From Bacilli bacterium (GTDB taxonomy: Bacteria > Bacillota_I > Bacilli_A > RF39 > UBA660), in the NCBI GenBank assembly GCA_017433415.1, contig JAFRHI010000016.1, positions 2,684-66,683 of the forward strand: a stretch of DNA of 64,000 nt, in the 5' to 3' direction. A program made the position numbers and the translations under genes. The stretch's first letter is position 1. Each line of letters starts with the position of its first letter. Below the pieces are notes generated by a model, which saw only the letters and a program-made list of their open reading frames with translations, was not told the DNA's origin and made no database searches. Below are positions 51,558-60,843 of the stretch, in pieces.

Positions 51558-52379
51558 TTATTTATCATAATTTTTTAAAAAACTTTCATATTCGCCATTT
51601 CTTTTTGTTCCAACTACACAATTTAGGTTAACATTATCTAGAGCTTTATAAATATTATAATCAACATTTGGATTGCTCTTTTTAAGTTCTTTTATCAGAT
51701 TTTTTACTTCTTTTCTTTTGCTTGTTTCATCATCAAATTCAGTTTGTTCGGTAAAGCGACAAGCACAATTTAGAAATGTTAATTCATTTGTTTTCGCCCA
51801 GGATATTATAGCTTCTTCATTTACCAAATATAGAGGTCTTATCAATTCTAACCCTTCAAAGTTTTCACTATGAAGTTTAGGCATCATTGTTTTTATTTCA
51901 GCTCCATAAAACATTGAAAGAAGTGTTGTTTCAATAACATCATCAAAGTGATGTCCTAAAGCTATTTTATTACAACCTAATTCTTTTGCTTTATTGTATA
52001 GACATCCCCTACGCATTCTAGCGCATAAATAGCAGGGACTTTTATCAACATCTTTTACGATATCAAAGATATCACTTTCAAACATTTCTAAGTCTACATT
52101 AAGAAGTTTAGCATTACTAAGAATGAGCTCTTTATTTTTTTCATTATAACCAGGATTCATACAAACATAGAATACATCAAAATTAACTTTGCCATGTTTT
52201 TTTAACTCTTGCATGCATTTCGCAAGTAAAAATGAATCTTTTCCTCCACTAATACAAACCATAATCTTATCATTTTCTTGGACTAGTTCAAAGTCAATGA
52301 CAGCTTTAATAAATTTAGACCAGATATCTTTACGATATTTCTTTATAATGCTTCTTTCTATTTCTTGATATTTTTCCAT
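51558..52379 (-). CDS. ttcA: PP-loop ATPase, tRNA 2-thiocytidine synthase TtcA family
   Basis: PP-loop CISGGKDS, CYLCARMRRGC and CACRF Cys motifs. Confidence 0.7.
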   Translation of the reverse strand: MEKYQEIERSIIKKYRKDIWSKFIKAVIDFELVQENDKIMVCISGGKDSFLLAKCMQELKKHGKVNFDVFYVCMNPGYNEKNKELILSNAKLLNVDLEMFESDIFDIVKDVDKSPCYLCARMRRGCLYNKAKELGCNKIALGHHFDDVIETTLLSMFYGAEIKTMMPKLHSENFEGLELIRPLYLVNEEAIISWAKTNELTFLNCACRFTEQTEFDDETSKRKEVKNLIKELKKSNPNVDYNIYKALDNVNLNCVVGTKRNGEYESFLKNYDK

Positions 52380-52452
52380 AGTTATTCCCCTTTGTCGTAA
52401 TAAATATACTTAAATTAAATTATTTTGTCAAATAAAAAAGCGATTAACGCCT

Positions 52453-52644
52453 TTACATTGTTTTTCCTATCAAAGTTATATATACGCATCCGCCTTTATT
52501 AGTATGACAATTCTCAGCTAGCGTACCTTCTACTGTTAATGTTGATGTATATCCAGCGTAAGCTATACTTAATCCTACTACTGATAATAGTAAAGCAACA
52601 ATTGCTATTATTTTAAATCCTCTATCTTTATTATTTTTTTCCAT
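52453..52644 (-). CDS. 63-aa truncated paralog of the TasA/camelysin-like protein at 56852-57460 (SipW-type signal peptide plus a 27-aa tail with two Cys)
   Basis: The first ~36 aa and underlying DNA are near-identical to 57370-57460. The tail is TLAENCHTNKGGCVYITLIGKTM. Confidence 0.4.
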   Translation of the reverse strand: MEKNNKDRGFKIIAIVALLLSVVGLSIAYAGYTSTLTVEGTLAENCHTNKGGCVYITLIGKTM

Positions 52645-52845
52645 AAATTTTCCGCCTATTATTTTTATTTATACATTATTTATTACTTTTGAAAATATAT
52701 ACTCTTAATCACTCTCCTAAATAGTTTTGTAGATATCTTCACCCTAAAATACAATTATATTACAACCGCGTTTTCTTGTAAATAAGTTATTTTGTATTTA
52801 TAAATATTTTACAAAAAAATAAAAGGTACTTGACGTACCTTAATT

Positions 52846-54525
52846 TTAACTTAACACATACCAGTAATTTCCTGATTCTCCGTTACTAGGATATTGTGAT
52901 GAATTAGTACTATATAAATTACCATAACTAGTATCACCTTTAGCATATCTGATATTTGATACTTTATAAATATCACAAGTAATGTAAGCTACAAGAGTTA
53001 CTCTACTTCCTGTTATGACACAATAATATTGTGTAGATGTTGTAGGGCTTCCTGAAGTAGTCCAAGATCCTGTTTTTATTGAATTACTATTAGATGCAAA
53101 GACATAAACATCATGGTCAGGTAATGTATTACTGATACTAGATTTCATTCCTTGAGTAAAAATTAGTTCTTGACTTGTTATATCTGCTATTTCATTTAAT
53201 TTGGCTCTTTCGTGATACCAGAAATATGAATTAGCAACAATTCCACCACTTGTAGCATTAGTTGCAGTTAATGTTTCATCGAAAACAATTTTCTTGTTAA
53301 ATTTACCCCAGGTATAGACCCAACCAGCATAAAGAGTAATATTGTCATTAAATGTTACAATATCAGTTGCTAGATACTGAGATATTCTTCTACCCTCACC
53401 ATAACCATTATTTAGATAGTGAGAATACAATCCATTATCATCATATCCAAAAGCGTTATATAAGTCACTATAAGTATCAGCATAATAATATAACGGATCT
53501 GTTTTATAACTAACGGAACTATTATATGTTGATGGATTGTCAGCAAACCAACCAATAAATGTAGCATTGGCTTTGGTTGGAGTTGGTAATTCTCCCATTG
53601 CTTGTCCGTTTCTAACCATTTTACTAGCTGGATTAACCGTTCCACCATTAGCATTAAAGTTTACTATTAATATTTTATCAAGAGTTACATTAATTGTATG
53701 ATTCTGAGATGGCATTGTAAGACTTCCTGTCTCTTGATAATAATTGTTTTTTGTAACGGAATAGGTTACAGAATCAGTCTCCATGACACTAACTGTTAAA
53801 GTACCAGTTCCTGAGTAATTACCTTCGCTTGTGTGAATAGAGATACTTGCGTCATTTGGAGTAGCATTAATCGTTAAATCATAATAATGCAGTAATGAGT
53901 ATTGAAAATCGGCTTTTATTCTTGTCGAATCATCGGAACCATTACAGTTGTTTTTCACTCGTACATGAACTGTTTTGGTAGAATGTGGTGCAATAGATGT
54001 TTGATTTGGTACAACATCAATAAATTCAACATCTACTTTATTACTCGTATTACCAGATCCATCTAGTATTGAGACAACACTAGTATTCGTAATATAAGCT
54101 CTATGAGGCGTTGTGTTTACAATATCAAGTTCATATGTTACATAACCATTACATGTTTGGGCTATAACTGTAGCGTTTAACTCATGATCCATAAATGCAT
54201 AATTAACATTTGAGGCACTACTAGAACCACTAATTCTCGCACTAGTTATATAAACATAATCAAATATATGCGATTGATAGGTTGCAATTCCTTGGGTGCT
54301 CAGAGATGATGTTAAAGCTGAAAATGCTAAACCTGTAAAGATAAATAATAATAACCAAAAAGCAACGACCATCTTTGGTAAATTATTTGGTGCTTTATTT
54401 TTACTATGTAACTTGTCTTGTATAACATTATCAAAATATATATTATTATCACTACTTATCTTAGGTTTTTTCTTTGTGACTTTTTTTGTACTTGTTTTTT
54501 TCTTCTTAGTTTTACCCTTTTCCAT
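52846..54525 (-). CDS. large secreted protein with SipW-cognate-like signal peptide and a Listeria/Bacteroides (Flg_new) repeat
   Basis: K-rich N-terminus, TM, then GLAFSALTSSLSTQG similar to the SIAYAGFTSTLTVEG of the neighbours. The Flg_new-like segment is VNFNANGGTVNP...GELPTPTKANATFIGWF. Confidence 0.5.
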   Translation of the reverse strand: MEKGKTKKKKTSTKKVTKKKPKISSDNNIYFDNVIQDKLHSKNKAPNNLPKMVVAFWLLLFIFTGLAFSALTSSLSTQGIATYQSHIFDYVYITSARISGSSSASNVNYAFMDHELNATVIAQTCNGYVTYELDIVNTTPHRAYITNTSVVSILDGSGNTSNKVDVEFIDVVPNQTSIAPHSTKTVHVRVKNNCNGSDDSTRIKADFQYSLLHYYDLTINATPNDASISIHTSEGNYSGTGTLTVSVMETDSVTYSVTKNNYYQETGSLTMPSQNHTINVTLDKILIVNFNANGGTVNPASKMVRNGQAMGELPTPTKANATFIGWFADNPSTYNSSVSYKTDPLYYYADTYSDLYNAFGYDDNGLYSHYLNNGYGEGRRISQYLATDIVTFNDNITLYAGWVYTWGKFNKKIVFDETLTATNATSGGIVANSYFWYHERAKLNEIADITSQELIFTQGMKSSISNTLPDHDVYVFASNSNSIKTGSWTTSGSPTTSTQYYCVITGSRVTLVAYITCDIYKVSNIRYAKGDTSYGNLYSTNSSQYPSNGESGNYWYVLS

Positions 54526-54590
54526 CTCTAATCACCTTCTCTCTTTTACAATTTTCTTACTAAAAAACCATTATGGAATATCCATAATGT

Positions 54591-55658
54591 TTATTTAGTC
54601 TTTTTATTATCATTTGAATTTACCGATAATATATATTTATATATAAAATTATCTTTTATAATAATAAATTCACTTTTATTGTTTTTCCGTATCTCTTTAA
54701 AGAGAATTGGATTTCCAATATTATCATGAATATCTTTTAATTCATTAAATGATTCAACATCAACAATTTCATATTCTTTTTCATCGATATGATGATTAAC
54801 ATTCGCAATTATCAAATCATACTCTCTTAAAATCTTTTTTAGTTTTTTCTTATATTCACCAACTTTACTATAATCATTAAGACCTAGTGTTTTTACTGCT
54901 TTGAGCATGGCGAATACTGTTACCAACATTGAAAAAAACGCAATTATAAAGTATTTAATGTTTCGTAAGAATAGATTCTTGTTTTCTTTTAAAATGTTAT
55001 ATGAACTTGCTGGTGTATCAGTAATTTGAACATCTATTGTTTGTTCTGTAAGAGGAATTACTAGTTCTGGAGCATCAGCTATATTTATCTCTTTATCTCC
55101 ATCTTTTGCTTTAGCATTTACATGCAAAACAATAGATACATCACTTACAGAATTTAAATCAAATGATGTTTTAAACTCTGCTATCAATGAGTTGTAATCA
55201 TTATAGTCAACTTTTAAATTTTCATTAATTAAAATATTATTTTTATTTTTTTCTTCTACTTTCTTTTCTTCTACTAAAACTTCGTTTTTCTGATATAATA
55301 CTGAAGTTTTAGTTACATCCCCATACACCTTAGTAGTTGCATCTATATAGTATGTATAATCATAATCCAAGGATTTTGAGGCTTCTATTTTATAATTGAT
55401 ATCTGTATCTATATAATCAATTAAAGAGGCAATATACTTCATATTCTTATCTAATACATTATTTTCATAATATGAATTTTCTTTTAGATGAACTTTATAA
55501 TCAATATTTGAAGATGAATTAACACTTACACCAGTTTCATCATTTAAAATACCCATAACGAGAAATTTAATAGACAAAAACAAACCTAAAACAAGTATTA
55601 GGAGCCAAATAATTATTTTTTTTGGTCTTATAACTTTTTTTGTTTTATCGTCTGTCAC
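54591..55658 (-). CDS. 2-TM membrane protein of unknown function in the SipW locus
   Basis: ORF with an N-terminal TM and a second TM near residue 270. Confidence 0.4.
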   Translation of the reverse strand: MTDDKTKKVIRPKKIIIWLLILVLGLFLSIKFLVMGILNDETGVSVNSSSNIDYKVHLKENSYYENNVLDKNMKYIASLIDYIDTDINYKIEASKSLDYDYTYYIDATTKVYGDVTKTSVLYQKNEVLVEEKKVEEKNKNNILINENLKVDYNDYNSLIAEFKTSFDLNSVSDVSIVLHVNAKAKDGDKEINIADAPELVIPLTEQTIDVQITDTPASSYNILKENKNLFLRNIKYFIIAFFSMLVTVFAMLKAVKTLGLNDYSKVGEYKKKLKKILREYDLIIANVNHHIDEKEYEIVDVESFNELKDIHDNIGNPILFKEIRKNNKSEFIIIKDNFIYKYILSVNSNDNKKTK

Positions 55659-55673
55659 ATTGTCACCTCATTT

Positions 55674-56816
55674 CTATCTATAGTTATTTAATAATACGGT
55701 AGGATATCCAATATATTTAATCTTATATTTTACTATACCAACCACTTGATCAGATAATACTAATAATTGATCTGAACTATCGTTGTTATCACCTTTAGTC
55801 TCATATAAAGTAGTTTTACCAGAATTGATTACTTTTATGATTCTATGGCATACAACTATATTTTCTTTTTTATATGCAATAACGTCTCCTTCATTAAAAT
55901 GTAAAAAATCACGTTCTGCTGTCTTATCAACAATTACGATATCACCAATATTAATATTTGGCTGCATTGATCCTGTCGCAATAACAAAAACCTGATACCG
56001 GAACAAACCGCTGACAAAGTAAATCATTATTAAACAAAATAAAATAATATTAATTCTAAAGAGATTTAATAGTTTTTTCTTTTCAATAATTACTATTTTT
56101 TTAGGATTTATTTTATCTATCTTGTGATATAACCACAAGAAAACAAGTATTGGTATTGTAATCCTTAGTACGGAATCTATATAATTACCAAACTTGGGAA
56201 AGATTGGTAAAATATATAATGGTAATTCCATAAAGAAACGGAATATAATGCTTGATTTATATCCTGCTTTAATTGATAAATAAGTTACTAATATATTTGT
56301 TGCCACTAAAGGCAATATAAATAAACCTAGTTGTTCTATTAAGTTCATTGCTTCATACGCAGATGATGAAACAATTCCACTAATAATGATTGTATTATTT
56401 ATAAGGGTAAATGCAATAAACGATAACACTATTAGTGTTTTATAGTTCTTCGCTCTTGTATTTATTACATATCTTAAAACCTCACACGCTATAATATTTA
56501 TTATAACTGGAAAGGTATTTAGAAATATTGTTTTTATTTCTGTATTGTAGATATTTTTTGTAAAACCAATGAAATATCCTATAATATAGATTACTAAGTA
56601 ATAAAATATTAAATAGGCCGTGATCGAAAGGACAACGTCCTTTTCGATCAGGCTTTTATTCTTTTCATATCCTAATTGCCATATTGCTATTCCTAATAAT
56701 AGTATGGTTACAAGGAATAAAGTATATCCATTTAATATTTTAAAAAAGATATTTACTATTGATAATATTATAATTAAACTTAATATTCCTATTACAAGAA
56801 AATCATTCTTTTTCAT
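55674..56816 (-). CDS. sipW: SipW-type (ER/archaeal-type) signal peptidase I fused in frame to an N-terminal polytopic membrane domain of ~250 aa
   Basis: C-terminal 120 aa ATGSMQPNINIGDIVIV...GDVIAY...VCHRII...TKGDNNDSSD aligns with B. subtilis SipW (SGSMEP...GDVITF...VTHRIV...TKGDNN). No stop codon separates it from the upstream 7-8 TM region. Confidence 0.65.
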   Translation of the reverse strand: MKKNDFLVIGILSLIIILSIVNIFFKILNGYTLFLVTILLLGIAIWQLGYEKNKSLIEKDVVLSITAYLIFYYLVIYIIGYFIGFTKNIYNTEIKTIFLNTFPVIINIIACEVLRYVINTRAKNYKTLIVLSFIAFTLINNTIIISGIVSSSAYEAMNLIEQLGLFILPLVATNILVTYLSIKAGYKSSIIFRFFMELPLYILPIFPKFGNYIDSVLRITIPILVFLWLYHKIDKINPKKIVIIEKKKLLNLFRINIILFCLIMIYFVSGLFRYQVFVIATGSMQPNINIGDIVIVDKTAERDFLHFNEGDVIAYKKENIVVCHRIIKVINSGKTTLYETKGDNNDSSDQLLVLSDQVVGIVKYKIKYIGYPTVLLNNYR

Positions 56817-56851
56817 TGTAATTTATCCTTTTTTATTTCTATTTTTTATTC

Positions 56852-57460
56852 TTAAGAAGCTGCTGCTTGATCATATGTAAATGAAGTTGTACTTAATGTG
56901 ATAGCAACATCACCACTGATTTCTGCAGCATCACCAGCAGCATATGTTAATACCATTGTAACAGCCTTTTCTCCACTAGCATTTAGTGGTAAAGTTAGAC
57001 CTGTTGTACCAGATGTAACAGCAGTTCCGCCATAAGTAAATGCTACAGATAATTTTTGACATAACGCAGTTGCTTCTGCTTGAGTAGCAGCACTTCCTGT
57101 TGCAGGTGCACAAGAAAGGCTTCCTAATGTAACGCCTGACAATGTAGCGTTGATGTCTCCATCATTTTTAACTTTCCAAGTATAAGTAATTGTATCTCCA
57201 GGAGCTTTTACAGTTCCCATAAATCCTGAGATTGATTGATCTCCTGTTTGAATTGCAAGTGTCTTTCCTGTAACATTTGCATATCCTGTTGGAGTACCTC
57301 CATCTAAGTCAATCCATTTAATTTTCCATGCTGATGCAGCTGTAGCTGTACCTTCTACTGTTAATGTAGAAGTAAATCCAGCGTAGGCAATACTTAAACC
57401 TACTACTGAGAATAACAATGCAGCGATTGCTATTATTTTAAATCCTCTATCTTTTTCCAT
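56852..57460 (-). CDS. TasA/camelysin-like secreted protein with SipW-cognate class signal peptide
   Basis: RGFKIIAIAALLFSVVGLSIAYAGFTSTLTVEG (cf. TasA/CalY LIGGGTFAYFND), then a Gly/Thr/Ala-rich beta-type domain. Confidence 0.55.
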   Translation of the reverse strand: MEKDRGFKIIAIAALLFSVVGLSIAYAGFTSTLTVEGTATAASAWKIKWIDLDGGTPTGYANVTGKTLAIQTGDQSISGFMGTVKAPGDTITYTWKVKNDGDINATLSGVTLGSLSCAPATGSAATQAEATALCQKLSVAFTYGGTAVTSGTTGLTLPLNASGEKAVTMVLTYAAGDAAEISGDVAITLSTTSFTYDQAAAS

Positions 57461-57620
57461 ATTTTTTCCTCCTATTTTCTATAAAAATTTGTTTGTAGTT
57501 GTACTCTACATTTACCCTACATTACAATTATATATTATGTATATATCCATTTCAACTACATTTTTCTATGTTGTCAATTACTTTACACTGAAAATTAAAA
57601 AGATTAATTTCTTAATCTTT

Positions 57621-58289
57621 TTAGTTAACTGAACTATAAGCTATTGTAATATCTCCAAACTCAACATCAAACGGACCATCGGCTGTATCGCCACCAGCTA
57701 AATATTCAATTGTTACTATTATCTCTTCTGAAGATCCCACGGCTACTGAATGTCCAGTTATTGCTGCAACTGATTGTGTATATAAAGTTCCGCTTAATGA
57801 TACTGTAACGCGAATATCGTCACAAGCAGCTTGGACTAGTGTGTTGTTTGCAGCATTAGGTCCAGTTGTCTCTTTTGGCGTACATACACGCGGTTCATTT
57901 TTACCTGATACATTGGCATAAGCAATAGATTTTAAATATGCTGTATATTGTCCGGTGTTTTTAGTATAAAAAGTGTACTGTGCTTTTTGATTTGGTTCAG
58001 TAAATACAGCATGTAAATCTTTTATTATTAAACTATTACTATTTGTGTCAATTGTTGCATTTGTAGCAGTTGCTCCAGTACCAGTTACTGTAGGATTTAC
58101 TGGATCTGTTGATACAACATCATCTCTTGTAGAAAAAATAACATTAAAATCTGTTCCAGCCGGATTTACTTCAGCACTTGATTTAATGGTTAGGGTTTGT
58201 TCAAAAGCAGCAAAGCCAATAGATAATCCTAATACTGCTACAAAAAGTGCAACTATACTTAGTGTTTTTACTTGTTTTTCCTTATTCAT
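57621..58289 (-). CDS. second TasA/camelysin-like secreted protein with SipW-cognate signal peptide
   Basis: MNKEKQVKTLSIVALFVAVLGLSIGFAAFEQTLTIK. The start was trimmed to the Met that follows GGAG. Confidence 0.5.
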   Translation of the reverse strand: MNKEKQVKTLSIVALFVAVLGLSIGFAAFEQTLTIKSSAEVNPAGTDFNVIFSTRDDVVSTDPVNPTVTGTGATATNATIDTNSNSLIIKDLHAVFTEPNQKAQYTFYTKNTGQYTAYLKSIAYANVSGKNEPRVCTPKETTGPNAANNTLVQAACDDIRVTVSLSGTLYTQSVAAITGHSVAVGSSEEIIVTIEYLAGGDTADGPFDVEFGDITIAYSSVN

Positions 58290-58361
58290 TATTCCACTCC
58301 ATTCTCTATCAATATAAGTATAACATACTATCAAAATTTTTAGTAATTTATTTTTTTGACT

Positions 58362-58396
58362 TTACACATAAAAAAGCTAAGTATTACTTAGCTTTT
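58362..58396. terminator. rho-independent terminator (palindrome flanked by A/T tracts)
   Basis: AAAAAAGCTAAGTATTACTTAGCTTTTTT lies immediately 3' of the Ham1 gene on the minus strand. Confidence 0.6.
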
Positions 58397-58941
58397 TTAT
58401 TTAAATATTCAATTAATTGTTTATATCCTGTATCATTCCACATTTTAAGTCGAACATCATCTTTAAATGATCCTAGGGTTTTAGTTTGACCTTTGGGAAT
58501 AAAAATAAAGTCCCAACTCCAACCATATTTTCCTTGAACTTTTCGAGAAATAGTTCCTTCTGTGATTGATTTAAATACAACTGGTTCTTTACCATATTCA
58601 CAATATGCTAATACTTGAACAAATTTGGCTTTTCTGTTTTCTTCACCCCTCAGTAATTTTAATATTCCTTTCTCTCCTATTGTATCACTAACATAATGCG
58701 TATAGGCAGCTGGAAAACCATTTAGGGCATCTATCATAATACCAGTATCATTTTTAACGACATTACATTTTAATTTATCTGATGCATATTTAGCAGAATA
58801 TGCTGCTACTTCTTCGATTGTATTGGCTTGAATTTCTATTGTGTCCATTTTGACATTATCGACTTCATAACCAAAAGGTTCTAAGAATTCTTTGGCTTGA
58901 ACAATTTTTGCCCAATTTCCTGTTACTAAAGTTATTTTCAT
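58384..58941 (-). CDS. rdgB: non-canonical purine NTP pyrophosphatase (RdgB/Ham1 family)
   Basis: MKITLVTGNWAKIVQAKEFL (cf. IVLATGNPGKVRE) and C-terminal WSWDFIFIP (cf. FGYDPIF). Confidence 0.75.
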   Translation of the reverse strand: MKITLVTGNWAKIVQAKEFLEPFGYEVDNVKMDTIEIQANTIEEVAAYSAKYASDKLKCNVVKNDTGIMIDALNGFPAAYTHYVSDTIGEKGILKLLRGEENRKAKFVQVLAYCEYGKEPVVFKSITEGTISRKVQGKYGWSWDFIFIPKGQTKTLGSFKDDVRLKMWNDTGYKQLIEYLNKKAK

Positions 58942-59618
58942 TTTTTATTCCTTCTTTCATTTTTATTTATTTCTTTTTCAATTATTTTTATTATTTCATT
59001 ATAGGCATTTTCATTTTCTATATTAATTTTTTCTATTCTGTTTTTATAATCTTTGACGTATTCCCGATATAACTTGGCACAATCATATAATATTTTCTTT
59101 TCTGAAGCGGTATATTTAGGATAATTTAATTTTAAGTCTCTTTTTTCAGCTCTTTTGATAGAGTTTTCAATATTTCCATCAAGAAAAATTGTTTTTTGAG
59201 GGAGGATATTAAAATTTTGGAGGAACTTATAAATCATCTTAGAGTATTCCTTAGCGGAGCCAGCATACTTTTTGGCTAGCATTATACCCTCTACTATGCA
59301 GATAGTATCATATCCCCTATCACTAATTACAATTTTCCCACTATTTATTGCTGGTACAATTATGTTTTCTTCATCAAATGATTGTTTTGCGGCTATTAAA
59401 AGTGTTTCAGCTTTCGGATTACCTAGATCAAAAAATCTGCTATTAGTTGAAGAAAGAACATTATATAACGTTTCTGTATAACCTTTATAATTACCATCTG
59501 TTATTTCACCATTAAAAATAATATTTTTGTTATCTTTATACTGTTCTTTTAATTTATTAAAAAAATATGTTTTCCCTATACCGCTTATTCCTTCAATAGT
59601 TATTAAACAACCTTTCAT
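58938..59618 (-). CDS. deoxynucleoside/NMP kinase-like P-loop kinase (dNK/Tmk fold)
   Basis: ITIEGISGIGKTYF P-loop with the IEG..G.GK arrangement typical of dNK/Tmk. Overlaps rdgB by 4 nt. Confidence 0.55.
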   Translation of the reverse strand: MKGCLITIEGISGIGKTYFFNKLKEQYKDNKNIIFNGEITDGNYKGYTETLYNVLSSTNSRFFDLGNPKAETLLIAAKQSFDEENIIVPAINSGKIVISDRGYDTICIVEGIMLAKKYAGSAKEYSKMIYKFLQNFNILPQKTIFLDGNIENSIKRAEKRDLKLNYPKYTASEKKILYDCAKLYREYVKDYKNRIEKINIENENAYNEIIKIIEKEINKNERRNKK

Positions 59619-59619
59619 A

Positions 59620-60156
59620 TTATTCTAAATAACCTCTTTCCCAGAAAAAATTGACCCATTGTCGTTGTGTAATTTTATTTACAAAAATAATATCCATGTT
59701 TTCATTATCTAGAGTTAATTTTTCCATATCTTCATTTAGAATCAAAGAATATATAGCTAGTACTTTTTTATTCTTTTTTAATAATTCATTTACTAATATA
59801 TTAACACTTCGACCATGACTTACTATATCTTCAAATATTATATATTTATCTACTGAATCATCTACTGTCGAACTAATTATTTCGGCTGTTCCATAATCCC
59901 ATTTTTCATTTGAATTAGTCATTTTAATCTGAACAGTATCAACTCTTCTTATTCCTATTCGATGTGATATTGCTATGGCTAATGGTAAACCACCTCTGGC
60001 CACTCCTATTATTCCAAATTTTTCATTATTAAAATTTTTTTCTATATCTTTGCTTATCAAAGCAACTGCTTCAAGAAAATCTTTTTCATTAAATTTTATT
60101 TTAATTTTAGGATTTCCATCATTTAATAACTTATTTTCTTTTAGACAACGTTTCAT
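59620..60156 (-). CDS. xanthine-guanine phosphoribosyltransferase (Gpt)-like PRTase with divergent PRPP motif
   Basis: GIIGVARGGLPLAIAISHRIGIRRVDTVQIK aligns with E. coli Gpt [31 protein letters not shown]. The PRPP loop is YIIFEDIVSHGRS in place of FIVIDDLVDTGGT. Confidence 0.6.
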   Translation of the reverse strand: MKRCLKENKLLNDGNPKIKIKFNEKDFLEAVALISKDIEKNFNNEKFGIIGVARGGLPLAIAISHRIGIRRVDTVQIKMTNSNEKWDYGTAEIISSTVDDSVDKYIIFEDIVSHGRSVNILVNELLKKNKKVLAIYSLILNEDMEKLTLDNENMDIIFVNKITQRQWVNFFWERGYLE

Positions 60157-60165
60157 TTTATTCTC

Positions 60166-60843
60166 CTATTTTAATAAAGGATCAATTAAATTATTTTTTT
60201 TAAATCCTTCTATTCTATCTCTACAAGCTGTACATCTTTGACATGGCTTTTTCTTGTTTTCATAACATGTCCAGGTTTTTTCAAAAGGTACATCTAGTTC
60301 TATTCTAAGTTTTATTACTTCAGCTTTTAGCATATTAACTAGTGGAGCTTCTACTTTTACTTTGTTTCCGCTACCAATATAAATAGCTAAATTCATGGCC
60401 AGATTAAAGTTTTCACAACAATCTGGGTATAGTGTTGTTGCTATTCCCTCATTATGAATCCCATAATATATTTTATCTATTTTCTTACTTATAGCGATAC
60501 TTGTTGCGATAGATAATAATATGCCATTTCTGAAGGCAATATTTGTAGAGACTTCTTTTATATTATTTTTCAGTTGTTCTTGATAGCTTATTTTAGGCAG
60601 TTCAACATTTGATGATTTTAACATGGATGATGACGAGTACTTGAATAATTCTTTTATGTTCATACAGATTTGTTCTACATTATAATACTTACATAGTTCT
60701 TTAGCTTTTAGTAATTCTTTACTATTTTTTTGACCATAGTCGAAGCTTAAGGCTATAACGTTCTTTTTCCCATATTCCTTGATTGCTTTGGCTAAACAGA
60801 CACTACTATCAAGGCCACCGCTAAATATTACTAATACTTTCAA
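60166..60843 (-). CDS. queC: 7-cyano-7-deazaguanine (preQ0) synthase
   Basis: PP-loop VIFSGGLDSSVCL, FDYGQKN, LYPDCCENF and C-terminal Zn site CYENKKKPCQRCTACRDR. These align throughout with B. subtilis QueC. Confidence 0.85.
   Translation of the reverse strand: MKVLVIFSGGLDSSVCLAKAIKEYGKKNVIALSFDYGQKNSKELLKAKELCKYYNVEQICMNIKELFKYSSSSMLKSSNVELPKISYQEQLKNNIKEVSTNIAFRNGILLSIATSIAISKKIDKIYYGIHNEGIATTLYPDCCENFNLAMNLAIYIGSGNKVKVEAPLVNMLKAEVIKLRIELDVPFEKTWTCYENKKKPCQRCTACRDRIEGFKKNNLIDPLLK

Noticed and set aside
55674-56816. Possibility that the 380-aa ORF is an archaeosortase/exosortase-like enzyme rather than a signal peptidase fusion
   Set aside because: The C-terminal domain matches SipW catalytic motifs (GSM, HR, GDNN). 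I could not find the exosortase Cys/Arg/Asn signature in the membrane domain. It is kept as a SipW fusion with the membrane part left unassigned.
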